Positions 1 to 12,480 of a DNA stretch of 64,000 bases are shown in pieces (the stretch's first letter is position 1; every line of letters starts with the position of its first letter). Source of the stretch: Chlorokybus atmophyticus. Its lineage: Eukaryota; Plantae; Mesostigma and Chlorokybus algae. The stretch spans positions 577,267-641,266 of the forward strand of contig RHPI01001116.1 in the NCBI GenBank assembly GCA_009103225.1, read 5' to 3'. The notes beneath the pieces were generated by a model that ran no database searches, had not been told where the DNA came from, and saw only the letters and a program-made list of their open reading frames with translations. The position numbers were made by a program, and so were the translations under genes.

Positions 1-3000
1 AATGTTGCTTACGTAATGGCCACCTCTGTGATGCAGAAATATGGCATTTGTGGCAAACCTGCGATGTGTCTTGGACTTTGTGTCCACAAACTGCTGGCAG
101 TTGCTTGTGGTCACCAACCAATACAACGCCGATTGTTTGTAGAAATTCTGGTCCATGAACTTGCTGTAAGCGCAGCATCACCAAGTCAAACAACCGCGAT
201 GTCATCATGGAAAACTCGTCGATAATAAATACTCGACAATGATGTAACAATCTGTAAGCATCATCCATAGCAGTTACAAACCGGAGTTGCTGACCGTTAA
301 CAGGTATTGCGAAGTTGGAATGTACAGTTGAAGCTGATGAGCTGAGCCGCAAAGCCGCAGCGCCAGTTGTAGCACTGAGTAAAACAGGTATCCCAGCAAC
401 GCGCAACTTGTGAGTGATGAATTTGGTCAAAAATGTTTTGCCTGTTCCTGGACAACCAGATATCACATGTAGACCAACCGGTGTTGCAATGATACTACTT
501 GCGGTGCATTCTTGCTGGCTGGTCAAAGAGAGATTGTTCGCAAACGCAAACTCCTCAACATTCAATGTACCTTGAAACATTGGCGCCGATACATCTGAGT
601 CCGTTGTCACAATTGAAGCTGGAGATGCAGGATTGGATGATGAAGCTGTTGGATACTGCGTAGTAGGTTCTGGTGCAGTTTGACTGTCTGTCGGACCAGC
701 TGCAGCCATAGACAAGGCATTAATAGCATTATCAGTGGTCTGCATCATGGCATTCATCATATGGTGAATCTTAACATCATTGTATAGATGACGTTCGGCA
801 TAGCGCGTGACATGTGTCAACAAACTGCGGTTTGTGTTGTTAATGAAACCCCGCAACACACATTCTTCATAGTAAGTGCGTGATTGGTTGTTCAAAGAAA
901 TCAAATCAACTTCAGAGCGAAAAGTAACCCGCTGAAGAAGCAAATTGAAACAAAACCCTTCAGTGCTGTGTACAGGATGGTAATCCGTGAATCTGATGAT
1001 GCGCGGGACAGCTAACTCATAAACGAATGCATTCAGTCTGTCTCTTAGAGTACGCACAGTGTTATGTGGCACAGTGTCTCCATCTCGGTGCATGTACTGT
1101 CGAAAGTAGTTGTACATTGTGACTCTTTCTACCTCGTCAGGCCTGACACAATAACGATGAATGGGATGCACAATTACTGTCCGTGCACGACTGTTCACTA
1201 TGCGAGAACGATTGTTAGGCAAACGCGTGTCAACATATGTTACATTGGACGACATTTGCATGATGGGAATATCTAAACATATCAAAGCAGCTTCAGCTGG
1301 AGCAATGGGTTTGGACAAGTACATTGTGTTCAATATGCGCAATTCGTTAACAGTCAATCCTTGCAAACCGAGTGCATTGGTGTCTAATGCATCATCAACA
1401 GTGCCACAAGGTTCCATTTTAGTTGTGTACTTGACTAAATACTTGCTCCAATGACTGTCAGTGACTTGCAACACATTACAATGAGCACCCCACAACAATA
1501 AAAGCACTGGATGTGTGGGAACAACATTGCGGTCACAAGTGCGTGGTCTGTAATAATCGTACCTGCGCGTTTCTGTGTTGAACTGAGGTCGACGATCTGG
1601 TTGTACGGGATACGGAAAGCCCATGTCGCACTTGTTGTCAAATGCTCTGCAGCCACTGCCAAAATCAGAACACTTGTGCATTTGCTTGCGTACAACATAT
1701 TCATAAAGGACTCGCAGTTTAGAATCAGTTGGTACAATTATTTGCTGATTTGCATGGTCAAAATCTCCGGGGATAAACGCAGTGATTTCACTGCAAACTC
1801 GTTTAACATCGTCGGGATGTAACCACAACATAACATGTGCATGCAAAGATCCACGGTGTTGTGTTTCATACCTGATAACATAGTGCATCACACGTCCAAG
1901 GATATCCTTTTGCATGATATATTCTTCAAAGAAGGTGCTGAACCGATGATGAAACAAACGTGCGCACTCCACAGGGGCATCGCGCCAACTAAGTTGCGTG
2001 GAGACATTGTGGAGAACATTCTGCAAATCAATGATCTCAGGGAATTTGGTACTGGACACTTCATCTGCAGTCATGGTGACAAAGAGATGAGGCATACCCC
2101 AATGCTCAACCAGACACAGCAGCTCACTCAACTTTTGTCGATGCCAACTCGGAGATCCAATGATGTCACCAGGGACACGAAATTTTACAGCGTTTTTGAT
2201 GGCATCGTTGATTGTGGCAGTAGGTCGTTGTTTGAGGAACTTTTCAATATCAGCGTCCACAGCAACTTCGCGGCACTTTCTGACTGTAAGAAGTGATTGA
2301 CGGATTTGGTACATCAACAGCAAATAAGGCTTGTACAATGTGAAAACTGAGAACGATTGTGTAAGACGGAACTTGACATAGTCTGACAGTCTGCTGTACA
2401 CGTTACCATCAAAGAACCCACGATTGTGCGGAAACAACATGGGAAACAGAGCAGACTCAACAGTTAAACCAGGAATATTGTACACACCACCTGTATCCAT
2501 GTGTATCAAAAGAGGAACACAAGGCTCACGCAGCGACATATGTCAAACGCGCAACATGGTGTCCACTGTAACTTCAACTGTGCTGCGCGAAGGAAATGGC
2601 AACAAAGTGGTTAAAACGTATGTGTATGCTGATTCACCAGCAATGTTCAAAGGATTACGATCCTGTGCACGAGACACAATGCTACGAATAGTAGATGAAC
2701 CAACAGTGGGGATGCCGTCAGAACCAAATGGTTGTTCTGCCAAGGTCTGATATTTCTGAACCAGAGTGTTGGACGATAATAGCTCGCTCAACAACTCCAG
2801 CAACAAGATGGCATGTTGGTTCTGATGTGTAAACTCATCCCAAGTGATAAACGGACCGTTAATCATATTCAACTGCTGAATTTGGCCCGAAGTGAAACTG
2901 TATGAGTTATATAAGTCGCAAAGCGCCATGGACGTGTTAACAAGGGACAACATCTGCACTACCATTGGATGTATCTCCAACAACTTGCGAATGTACACTG

Positions 3001-3505
3001 CGCTGTGTAATACAATGTAACTGGAACGCTCCGACCCGTGACTACATCGATGGCATTGGTAGAAATCACTATCACACTTGGTATAGTCGGACATAAAAAC
3101 ATTAGCCAAATCATATGGTGCGACGGTGGATACTGATCGTCGATACATTGGACGATAAGTAGCAGCAGCAGAGTAAAACTGTACATGCCCGCACAAAGAA
3201 CAACATTGCATTCGCGTGACAAACTTACGTTGTGCATCTTGCCAACAGGAAAGCAAATCATCGCAGTCGTCCCACAATTCGCAATGCTGAGACAAATCGC
3301 AATGTTGCTCATAAGTCATAGCGGATGACGAAACAACACACCAGGAACATATCAACCGCCCTGGCATTTGTCGCCATCCAAAAGAACCATCTCGGCACAG
3401 TCCAGCAATGAGGGCGTGCAAAGGTGCAAAACCACATGCACAATATCTCCGATGTGTAGTAAAATTCTGCGATATGATTACATATGCGGCGATATGGTGC
3501 AACAT
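1..3505 (-). mobile_element. Helitron (Helitron2/Helentron-type) RepHel transposase, 3'-truncated by the window edge
   Basis: My minus-strand translation from 2542 to 1 has no stop. It shows HUH Rep motif 1 PHLFVTMTADE (~2075-2100), motif 2 RYETQHRGSLHAHVMLW (~1826-1876) and motif 3 KYLVKYTTK (~1420-1445). It then shows PIF1-like helicase motifs GCPGTGKT (~430-455), IIDEFSM and VVLVGDHKQLPAV. An upstream Cys-rich ORF (2543-3505) lies in the same frame, separated by one TGA. Confidence 0.93.
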
Positions 3506-3560
3506 GGTGCCATATGATTACATATGCGGCGATATGCCGCAACATGGTGCCATGTGATTA
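3474..3560. repeat. 40-bp tandem duplication upstream of/at the Helitron ORF start
   Basis: ATGATTACATATGCGGCGATATG(GT/CC)GCAACATGGTGCCAT occurs twice (3474-3513, 3514-3553). Confidence 0.85.
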
Positions 3561-5094
3561 GCAAACGCTGTTAAGTGTTTCAAAACTTAATAATCAACGT
3601 AACGTTCACGCTACGGTACGTGCTGCAATTTTAAGTAAATAATGCCGAGGTTACGACCATCAAAATAATGCTAACCTGAATTACCTTAACGTTAAGATTC
3701 AACTAAACGAAAAATCGCATCGTTAGGCCACCATTTGGTCACGCATGAGATTGACCAAATGGGATCGCAACGGTGACAACAGCCAGTTGCTCAAAAAGGC
3801 AGCAAAATGGCCAATCATTGCAAAGATGCGTAAAAGATGCTGAAAAATATCTCAGCGGCAACTGCTTACCAACGGCGACTCAAATTGCTAGGGATTTAGT
3901 GCAATTGCGGCACAGTTAGTGGTTAAAACGGCCGCGTTTTTGGCGGTACGAGGTCGGGGCAGGCCCCATACCCCAAAGACATGCCGCCACTACTCACCCT
4001 TGTTCTAACTAATCCACTCTACCCTTTAACGCTAATTGATTACACACTATAGTTACTGCGTCATCAAACATGGTCAACAGCCAAAAGATTGCATGTATTA
4101 TACATATCATGCATACACATTGCCTATATACATAACATTCTATAATATAATGGTATTATATGCATATAATGTGTATATTGCTATGCATTGCTATAATTTA
4201 TGTGCATAACTTGTCAACTATATATGATGTAGTATAATATATGTATAATATAAGATTACTCATATATAAGTGCGTATATATCATGTATAGTTGGCACTTA
4301 TGATACATGATACACATTTGGATTATTATTCATTACAATGCATAACACTATATGTAGTCATAATTGCATATAGCTATTAAGATCATCATATATAAAGTAT
4401 ATATATCATTCGCATACATTTTGAGCAGTTGCATGACATGGGGATGAGCTTTGAACGGTCGACTATTGTTTTGATAGATCGAACGGCCGATAGCTAATTA
4501 TTGCCGCCTAGGCAATGACAGGCAGGCGGGCCGCGCATACCGCGCAGCCCGGCAGTCGTGGGTGCCGTTTGTCACTTGGCCGTCGCGCGTGGTGCGCGTG
4601 TGATGTGTCTTGTGCCCTAATGCCGGCCGGCCGGCCCAATCAGCCGCACCGCTAGTTGCTTGATATGGGATTGCATAGGTTGCATATTGTTTTACATTTG
4701 TGATATTTTGCGTTTTGTATTACATCGCATCACGATGTGAATGTGTGTGCCAAGTGTTTGCACACACATTGCCCGTGTCATCGACGTAGGCGCACACAGC
4801 AACGGCACTGCGACAGGGAGTGCGGCGTGCTGTGCATATGCATGCTGCGCGCCGATGGGCGCAAACCCTAACGACGCAGTCGCGTTGAGCAGGGACGGCG
4901 CTGTCGTCCCTGGCGGCGGTGGTGTGGGCGGAGGGGGGGGAGTCCGTTGAGTCAGCTGACGCTGCTGCTGCTGCCTGCTGGATGATGGAGCCACTAACCA
5001 ACGGCCGTGGTGCAGGTGATGCGCGTGCATGCATGCTTGTCTAACCGGGTTTGGGCTAGTAGTGAAGTCAGGTAGGTGGTAAGTAGGAAGAGCA

Positions 5095-5600
5095 CCCGGT
5101 GGTGAATGCAAGTGTTGTGTGCTGTTGTGTGTGGTGTGCAATGCTTGCCTCACATTGTGATACATGCCACAATCTGTGCATCCTATATTGTACACAGCTT
5201 ACGTTGTAACAACAAAACATGTTTACATGTGTTGATGACATTGCACATGCATTCACATAATAGTAGCAATTGAAATGCGGCTATGGTGTTGGGCTATGCC
5301 CTTTGGGCAACAATACAAAGGTTTTACCCGAGCTATCGCCTGGCTATCTATTGTGTAGCTGGAACTTGCAACCTCTTGGAGGCATGCAAGCACAATTGCA
5401 TAACCAATACTACGGGCTCGTTGCACTGGCTGCAAACCTGCTCTACTTGGGTTCGCAAACTCCGCATACTCCAAATGCAACCAACCTGCATTGCAGCAAC
5501 AACCGTGTGAATACCCATTGTATAGGATATGCCTAGGACGTGCATGTGTGCAACAACGATCACACTTGTACTGCAGCAGCAGTACAATGCGATGCAAATG
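5095..5600 (-). mobile_element. Degenerate Penelope-like RT thumb remnant
   Basis: Weak similarity (LEYAEFA...LQEVASSSY...LYCCP) to the better PLE copies in this window. Ends at the shared CACCACCGGG motif (5095-5104). Confidence 0.35.
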
Positions 5601-5870
5601 TCGTGACTACTCAAATGCATAGCTGCACTTTCACATGTGAGTGCCGCTATTACATGCTTGAGCGCTTTACAACGTGAATGACAAACGCCATACAACTTTG
5701 TCTCTGTCCAAGACCCACAACCTGACACTGTGCTGTAACCCAAAGCGCAAAGTAAAAACGCAATTGTAGCTGTACAAAGCGGCACGACCTAAGCAGTGTT
5801 CGAGCTGTTTTCCTACATGCGCCAGCCGAATTTAGGCCAGCTGGTACATTACTGAGATTCACGACGATTC

Positions 5871-8800
5871 TTATTGTCGCAGGGTTGCGTAGATGTCTGC
5901 ATAGTTGTCACTGGCATTGGCTTCCCAGCTGAAGTCCATCAACATGGCGCGCACAACCAGATCCCTCCAGCCACTTTTCTTTTCCCTCTGCAACCACAGA
6001 GCAAAGGTCAACAAGACTGTCCTTGCATAGCTGCAGAATTGCGTGGTGCAGCACTTACCATTCTGTTCAGTGCGCGCTCTAGTGACGAGCCCATGCTGTT
6101 GGCGTCTGTTCCATAGTATACAAATCCGTTTGTGTCGTGTGCGCCTAGGTTGGGGTCGTCCACATCAAACACACTGCGCATCACCAACGTGCAAGTGTCA
6201 ACACAAGAACGTAAGGTCAATACTACTATCCCCTCACAATTATGCAAAGAGAGCTCTACCTGTCATTCCAGCCGCTCACTTGCCGTGCAACAGGCACGGT
6301 CCCATATCGCATAGCAATCAGCTGCATGAGAACAGATGAGCAAATGTGTGACGGTAACTGCAGCAACTTCATGCATCAAACTGTAGCAGGATCTGATGTG
6401 CGCATGCTTGGGTGCGGCCTTGCCTGTGACTGATTGCTGGTGTCAGGTACAGGGAGCGCTAGTGCAATGTCACCGCCAGCTGTCAACAGGCGAGCAGTTG
6501 CTTCGTCGTACCTGGCTATCATGCGGACACCATCTTCTGGCTGCGCAGCGACGGATGTGATGGATACTATTCTGCACTATCAGTCGTTGAGCCACACAGT
6601 AACATGTGATGCAAATGCGCACCTGATACCCTCGTGCAAGTTCTTCCAGCGCCACCTGAACCTTAGGTTGCCGACTCGAACCCATAACAACAATCTGTCC
6701 AAACACAACAGTGGCATCAGCTGCCATCAGCTGCTATTGCAGTCAAGCTTGCAAGCGCACACAACCGCCCACACTTTTGCTCGTGCATACACACGCACAC
6801 ATGCCAACACGCACACACGCGGATACACAGGTTTTTGTTTGTTGGACTGTCTTAAGCAGCGTACCTGTGCTCCATGACGCGATACACGTTCCATCGCAGC
6901 TCGAAGCAGGTCAAAGTGCTCCTCAGTGAGAGCACGCGAAACGCAAACCACAAGCGGAATGTCAGGGTCCACCAGAAGCCCCATGCGCTCCTGAACAACT
7001 GCTTTGCAGCGTGCCTTGCCCGCAAGATCCTCCACACTGTAGTTGGCTGGCAGCGAGGTATCTGTGGCAGGATTCCACTTGTTCTCGTCCAGCCCATTAA
7101 GAACGCCAACAAACTTCTGTCTGAGGTGCATACGGCCTTGCGTCAGCTCACAACTGCGCATGTGTATACGTGCAGTGACAACACTCCCTGCATGTAATGC
7201 AACATACAACCCCAAGCATTGCGTGGGGGAACAATACTTGCCGGTGATCGTTCAGTGTCGTATGCAAGCCATGGCCGCCTTCAGAAGTCAGAGACTCGTT
7301 GACAATCATCGCCGAGAGTGTGGTGATCTTGTTGGAGAACACAATGCCTCCTTTGACGAGGTTGACTCGGTCATGGAAATGATTGTCCTGAAGGCGATCA
7401 GGCTGGCATAGTCTTCCTGGATCAAGCCCAACAGCTGACAGCTGATCGGCTGGGACTGACAATTGATACCGAAAATCGTGGCAAGTGAACACAATGCGTG
7501 AGTGATCCATGCCCTGCAAGTCGCAACCATGTCTCAATTACAGTCATTCACAAATTCTTATGCCTCTTCCTGATAAAGTACGTGGGAGACTCACCGCAGG
7601 AGCGTACACATCCCAGTACAAAGGAGCGACCAGGGCCGTCTGCCAGTTGTGTATATGAATGATGTCTTCTCTTCTTCCAAGCTTGGACAGCAGCTCCAGG
7701 GCAGCTCTTGAAAAATAAGCAAATCTGTCGAAGTCATCCTCACAGCCATACAGTTGACCTGAACATCGCAAAAGCAAGGTTGTTCGCCTCACCTCATTTA
7801 TGACTCTACAGTCTGCAGGTGACATGTTCACAGCTGGTACCTCGACTAAAGAAAGCAGCGGGATGGAGTGGCTCTATGAAGAAAACTGGTAAGCCGCCAA
7901 CAACGCCTGTCCACACCCGGTTCTGATGCCAATCCCCTTGGTAGAATGAGAAGAGCTTGAACTCCATGGGATGGAAGTCCTCTATCTGACTTTCATCCAG
8001 CGTATCGTACCTGACAGAGTGCGACTGTGTCTTGCACAATGCCAAGACACTCCCTGGAACTAGACCCTTACAACAATGCTTCAACTACACATATTACGTA
8101 CTTGGGCATAATGATCTCAACTTGGTGGCCCTTTCGCTGCAAAGCCTGAGACAGCCCTGTGATGCTGTCTGCAAGCGCACCCTGACATGCAACGGGAGCC
8201 AGTTCTGTGCAGATCTGCACCACGCGAAATACCGGCTTCTTCAGCTTTTGCAGCGCGGCTCGCAACTGGCCTGCAATGACCGACCGCTCCGACCCAGCCA
8301 CCTCAGCGTACATCTGGAAACATAATTTCAATGGTCCTTTAAGCTGATTTCTGGAGAGCCATGCCCTCGCCTGCCTGACAACATGGCCAACGAGCCTCAC
8401 CTGTCCAACAATACGATCCTGCTGCCACGCTTTCACGCGAAGTTCCTGCGCCTCCTCCCACTGAAGCAATCCGTCCATGCACAGGGAGTCGATTTGCAAA
8501 TGAAGGCTTGACCACACGCCGGGCGGGATAGCCTGCATCAATGGATTGCACCTAAGTATGCTGCTGTTGTTCAAGCATATAAGGCGAGACTGGCCAGCCA
8601 GGACAACCTACCTGTCCAGGAGCTGCTCCTGTGGCCACACCTACTCTGTCAGCTGGCAGTTCTGGCACTGAAAGCTGCTGAGCACAAGGATCAAAATGCA
8701 CGGTCAGAAGCACAAGCTGTCCAGCATAGAAATACTGCGTCTCAATTGCACAAGACATACTTGATCCACACTGCCACACAACAACAAATCCCGACTTACC

Positions 8801-9841
8801 TGCTGTGCCTGGTATGACTGAACCCTCCTTTCAAGCTCGTGCAGTTGCTGCTCGAACTCGGCACGGTCACCATCCATTTGCTTCACGCGGGCCGCTAGAG
8901 TCTCATTCAACTTCTTTTCGCGTTGAAGCTCTTGGACAGCGAGGAGCCGGTTGCGATTCAACTCCAATATGTCTGCAAGCGCGCACAGGTTCAGCTGTGC
9001 AAACAAGGACATCTACAGATGTGTGCAATGATGGCATTGTATGCATACTTTGCTGCGCATCCCGGAAGTACTGAATCATATCGTCGGGCAGCTCGCCGGC
9101 TCCAAGCTGCTGCACCAGGTCTTGAGGTTCATACTGGACATCAATGCCGTCGCCCATCCTTAACGAGTTCACCTGTTTATTGATAAAGAAGTTAGCAACA
9201 CCACGTGTATGCAAGTAATCCGACACTTTGTGTATCCAACCCAGCACACAAGCTATCTGGCGTTTCGGGGAATATGCAGCACCATCACCACCAAGGACTG
9301 CGGGCACTACTAACCTCATGGTTCTTCACCGCATCGTACTGACCGCTGCACGACAACAACACAGGATGTGACTCTAAAGGAAATGTAACACAGCATCGTT
9401 AGGGATGCATGCAACGTAGTGGGCTCAGAGCTGTCGGCCATATGCAATCCGTTCGTAGTGAGTTGGCCAAACATGCACAACCACAATTGCAACAGCACTG
9501 CCGTATTCTTGCGGGGTTGAGAAATGAAGCTCGTGCATTTAAAACTTCGTTTGACGGTCGAAGGGGTGAGCAATGAACGGACACTACAAAACGCTGGCCA
9601 GACTCAACAGAATGCATGCAGCGTTGCCGTTCTGTGCGAAGTGCAACCGGCCAAGTGCAAAAATAAATCTATATATAACCTACCTTGGTCCAGCTTGCGC
9701 AACTGCTTGAAACCGTCCCCTGGGCAAGCCTGGCCTTCCTCTCGCGTGCAATGCTGTACGCTGCACCGGCAGCCCTTTGAAAGAGGAGCCGCGTGCCACA
9801 GCGGACGACGAGGTAGCTGCCGCAGCAGCCCTGTAAGCCAT
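5871..9841 (-). CDS. SS5: Starch synthase 5-like (non-canonical SS4 paralog), multi-exon, plastid transit peptide
   Basis: Exons give a transit-like start MAYRAAAAATSSS (ATG 9841) and a coiled coil (LNRNRLLAVQEL...). They continue QICTELAPVACQGALADSITGLSQALQRKGHQVEIIMPKY, FAYFSRAALELL...DIIHIHNWQTALVAPLYWD, RIVFTCHDF, LNGLDENKWNPATD, LIAMRYGTVPV and MDFSWE...YATLRQ* (TAA 5871-5873). Internal N-terminal exons are uncertain. Confidence 0.88.
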
Positions 9842-10789
9842 GCTGGCAACCACCGGCAAGCTGTCTCTCAACCACTCGGCTCAGCTCAATGCACTGAGCT
9901 CACTCAGCCTTGCCGGCAGCTGACCATCCAAACCGTTGTAGACTCGGCTTCCGCAATAGCTACTCCTGCAATCAACTACAGCCCTAGCCACGACCACCAC
10001 CTTGCCGCCACCGCAGGCCAGCGCAGCAGGCTGGCGGAATGCTGCTGCATGTCGCCAGCTGTACGCTCCAACGCTGTACAGGAAACCCCGGCTAAGAAGC
10101 TGTTACCGGTTGACTAATTCCCGACGTCAAACCGCAAACCGGCAGGATCTCGATGCTTGCTTAACCCCACAATGCTGCCAGTTGTTCGCAGGCAGAGGTG
10201 CGGGAAAACGCTTCTAACCAGACCGTATGGTTGAACCTGATCGCGGCTAGTGACAGAGCGGAAGGCGTCACTTTTTGTCACGGAAACGAGATATCGGCCG
10301 CGGTGCTGCGACGCAGGCCCGTGGCGCAGTGGTCGAAAGATACGATTCCGCGGTCTATGGCAGCCTGTGTACTCTTTGATATCGGTGTGGTGGTGTGGAT
10401 ATCTGGGCAAGTTAGGGCTTATAGGCATTGCCGCCACCATCTTTGCGCATGGCCGCCGCCGCCGTCACTGCGGTGGCGATGTCGTCGATCACGTCGCTGC
10501 CGCCGCCCTGGAGCGCCGCTGGGTGGTTGAGCCGCCGGATGTTTGGGCCACCTGTGTCTTGGGCCAGGCTTGCACTGGCCAGCCGCACGGCCCTGTTCTG
10601 CTGCGGATCTCAAGAACTGAGTGCACGAGCCTGAGGTGAAAATGTAAGCTCGGACCGAGGCGAAACACTTAAGCTGCTTCCTCCAGAATTATAGTAAGTG
10701 CCTTTACGTTTGTTTGCCTTATCCGCCTGCCGTGCTTTACAGCGCTTGTGCATGCCGTGCCGTGCTGAGTCGTTTGCCACACTGCTTGC

Positions 10790-10888
10790 TGTCGCGAGTG
10801 ATGATGAAGAACATGATCCCAGCTCATTCCGAGCTTCGGCGTTGAGGTGAAACGTGTTCGCGTCTTCGGACGCGCATCTGATGCGACA
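10790..10888 (+). ncRNA. Box C/D snoRNA, predicted guide for LSU rRNA Am (yeast Am2946 equivalent; snR71/U29-like)
   Basis: Terminal stem TGTCGC/GCGACA, box C GTGATGA (10798-10804), guide CCCAGCTCAT (10818-10827) before D' CCGA (10829-10832), internal UUCG hairpin, box D CTGA (10878-10881). Confidence 0.8.
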
Positions 10889-11082
10889 GACCTAGCATAG
10901 CGATTCTTGTTTGTCCTACCAAGGCGTCGTGCGTCAATAGTCTTTGGGTCCATTGACACTGACCGTACCACTTGCGTTGCTCCCCTGTGTCCACAGCAGT
11001 AACAATACTTCTGTTGCAAGGGCACTGCGCCGCTTGCATGCATGGGCACTGCTGGGTCGTCATGTGTTTGAACTAGATGACT

Positions 11083-11175
11083 GTCGCGAGTGATGATCAT
11101 GAACAATCCCAGCTCTCCGAGCTACGGCGCTGAGGTGAAAGATGTTCTCGTCTAAAGACGTTGATCTGATGCGAC
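11083..11175 (+). ncRNA. Box C/D snoRNA paralog, predicted guide for LSU rRNA Cm (yeast Cm2948 equivalent; snR69/snoR69Y-like)
   Basis: Terminal stem GTCGC/GCGAC, box C GTGATGA (11090-11096), guide CCCAGCTC (11108-11115), D' CCGA (11117-11120), box D CTGA (11166-11169). Confidence 0.8.
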
Positions 11176-11689
11176 TCAAAGCAGCGTGCAGTGTTGAAAG
11201 TGCCTTGTCGCATGTGCATATAATCCCGCTCCTTCATACTTGGGTATAGACAAAGGTGGCAGAGTTCCTGGTCACTTGATATGCGTAGATGTGGGTCTGC
11301 TCGAACACACGACAAGCACAACAGAGTTGAAATGTCGCTGAGTTGCGTTCTTTGGCACAGAATGGCAACATCCCTGTTGGCATAGCTCCATGGTACTCCA
11401 TGGTAACAGGGTTGAGGATTCATCTGGTCGTATCCACTCCGCACCATTGCTATCGAGGTGAGCATGCGTGTCTCCGCAGCGCTGCTTGCTGTTGACCTCA
11501 CCATGTGCACTGATGTGACCTCTGGTTGGTCACTCTGATTTACCGATGCTTGAAACACCAGGTTCAATGTGGCTGTGTTCTGGGCTTACTCATACTGTGG
11601 GCAGCACTCAATTGAGTCTGGTGTGTCAGCATGCTGTAAGCAGATACATGTAACTGACTTAGCTGCAATCATGCCGGGCAGGTGCTGGA

Positions 11690-12480
11690 CTATCAATACA
11701 CCGCGCTCAGTGCGGAGGCTGCTACATCAGCCTCGTGTCTGGAGGCCAACTGCCAGTGTGCAGACATCCTGTGATGCATGAAGCAATGGATATATCACCA
11801 TGGCAACAGAGCTGGAGACAGTGGGGTGTGCGCACATGCCCGTGCTGACACTGCAATGTGTTGCGCAAACAAGCACAAGCAGAAGTTGTTCAGGTTATTG
11901 TACAGGTTGCATGTGTGCACTGAGCGCTTTGATACAAGTTACACATCACACCCTCAAGCTGCTTGCCCTGCTGCATGCACATTACTTGACGCTTGCATAA
12001 ATTTGCGCGTGCCTTGTGCAGTAGATGCTTTTTGCATGGCAGTCATGTGCACTGCGGACATGCTGTGCTTCGTGCATAATAGGGGAACAGTTGCAACAAA
12101 TGTAGCCTCCATACCCATGCCTGTCACAGTAGCAACAACCATCACAACCCCATACCACCCACCGTTGGTGAGGCAGAACCGCGCTATGTGTACCATGTCG
12201 AGGGTATTAGCTGCGTGCAACGCATGCCACGAACAGCATATGTGACAGCGCAGCTGGCAGCCGCATGCCACCAGCCAGCGCCACCATCAGCATACATAAC
12301 ATGCATGGCCATCACACACAATGGTGTTGCGCATTGTTTACGCATGCACCTTTAACACGCCCGTATAGAAGTCCCAAGCTTCAATGCAGCACTGAGTGTT
12401 TTGCCTTCGGCCAGCATGCATCGGCGCTTGCACAACCAACTTGCAGCCAACGCAGACATCAGCCATGTTTGACCACCGGG
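11690..12480 (+). mobile_element. Penelope-like RT thumb remnant with 3' boundary motif
   Basis: TINTPRSVRRLL and ITMATELETVGCAHMPVLTLQ resemble the thumb of the 22027-22365 and 15971-16534 copies. ACCACCGGG at 12472-12480. Confidence 0.45.

Noticed and set aside
4621-4655. GCCGGCCGGCCGGC palindrome followed by CTAG, like a Helitron1 3' end
   Set aside because: Its orientation is opposite to the RepHel ORF and no matching 5' TC end could be defined.
5270-5536. Plus-strand ORF with a faint RT motif-5 resemblance (GLCPLGNN)
   Set aside because: No YxDD follows. The minus-strand thumb reading fits the boundary-motif orientation better.
10890-11040. Possible H/ACA snoRNA between the two C/D snoRNAs
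   Set aside because: No ANANNA hinge box in the right position.
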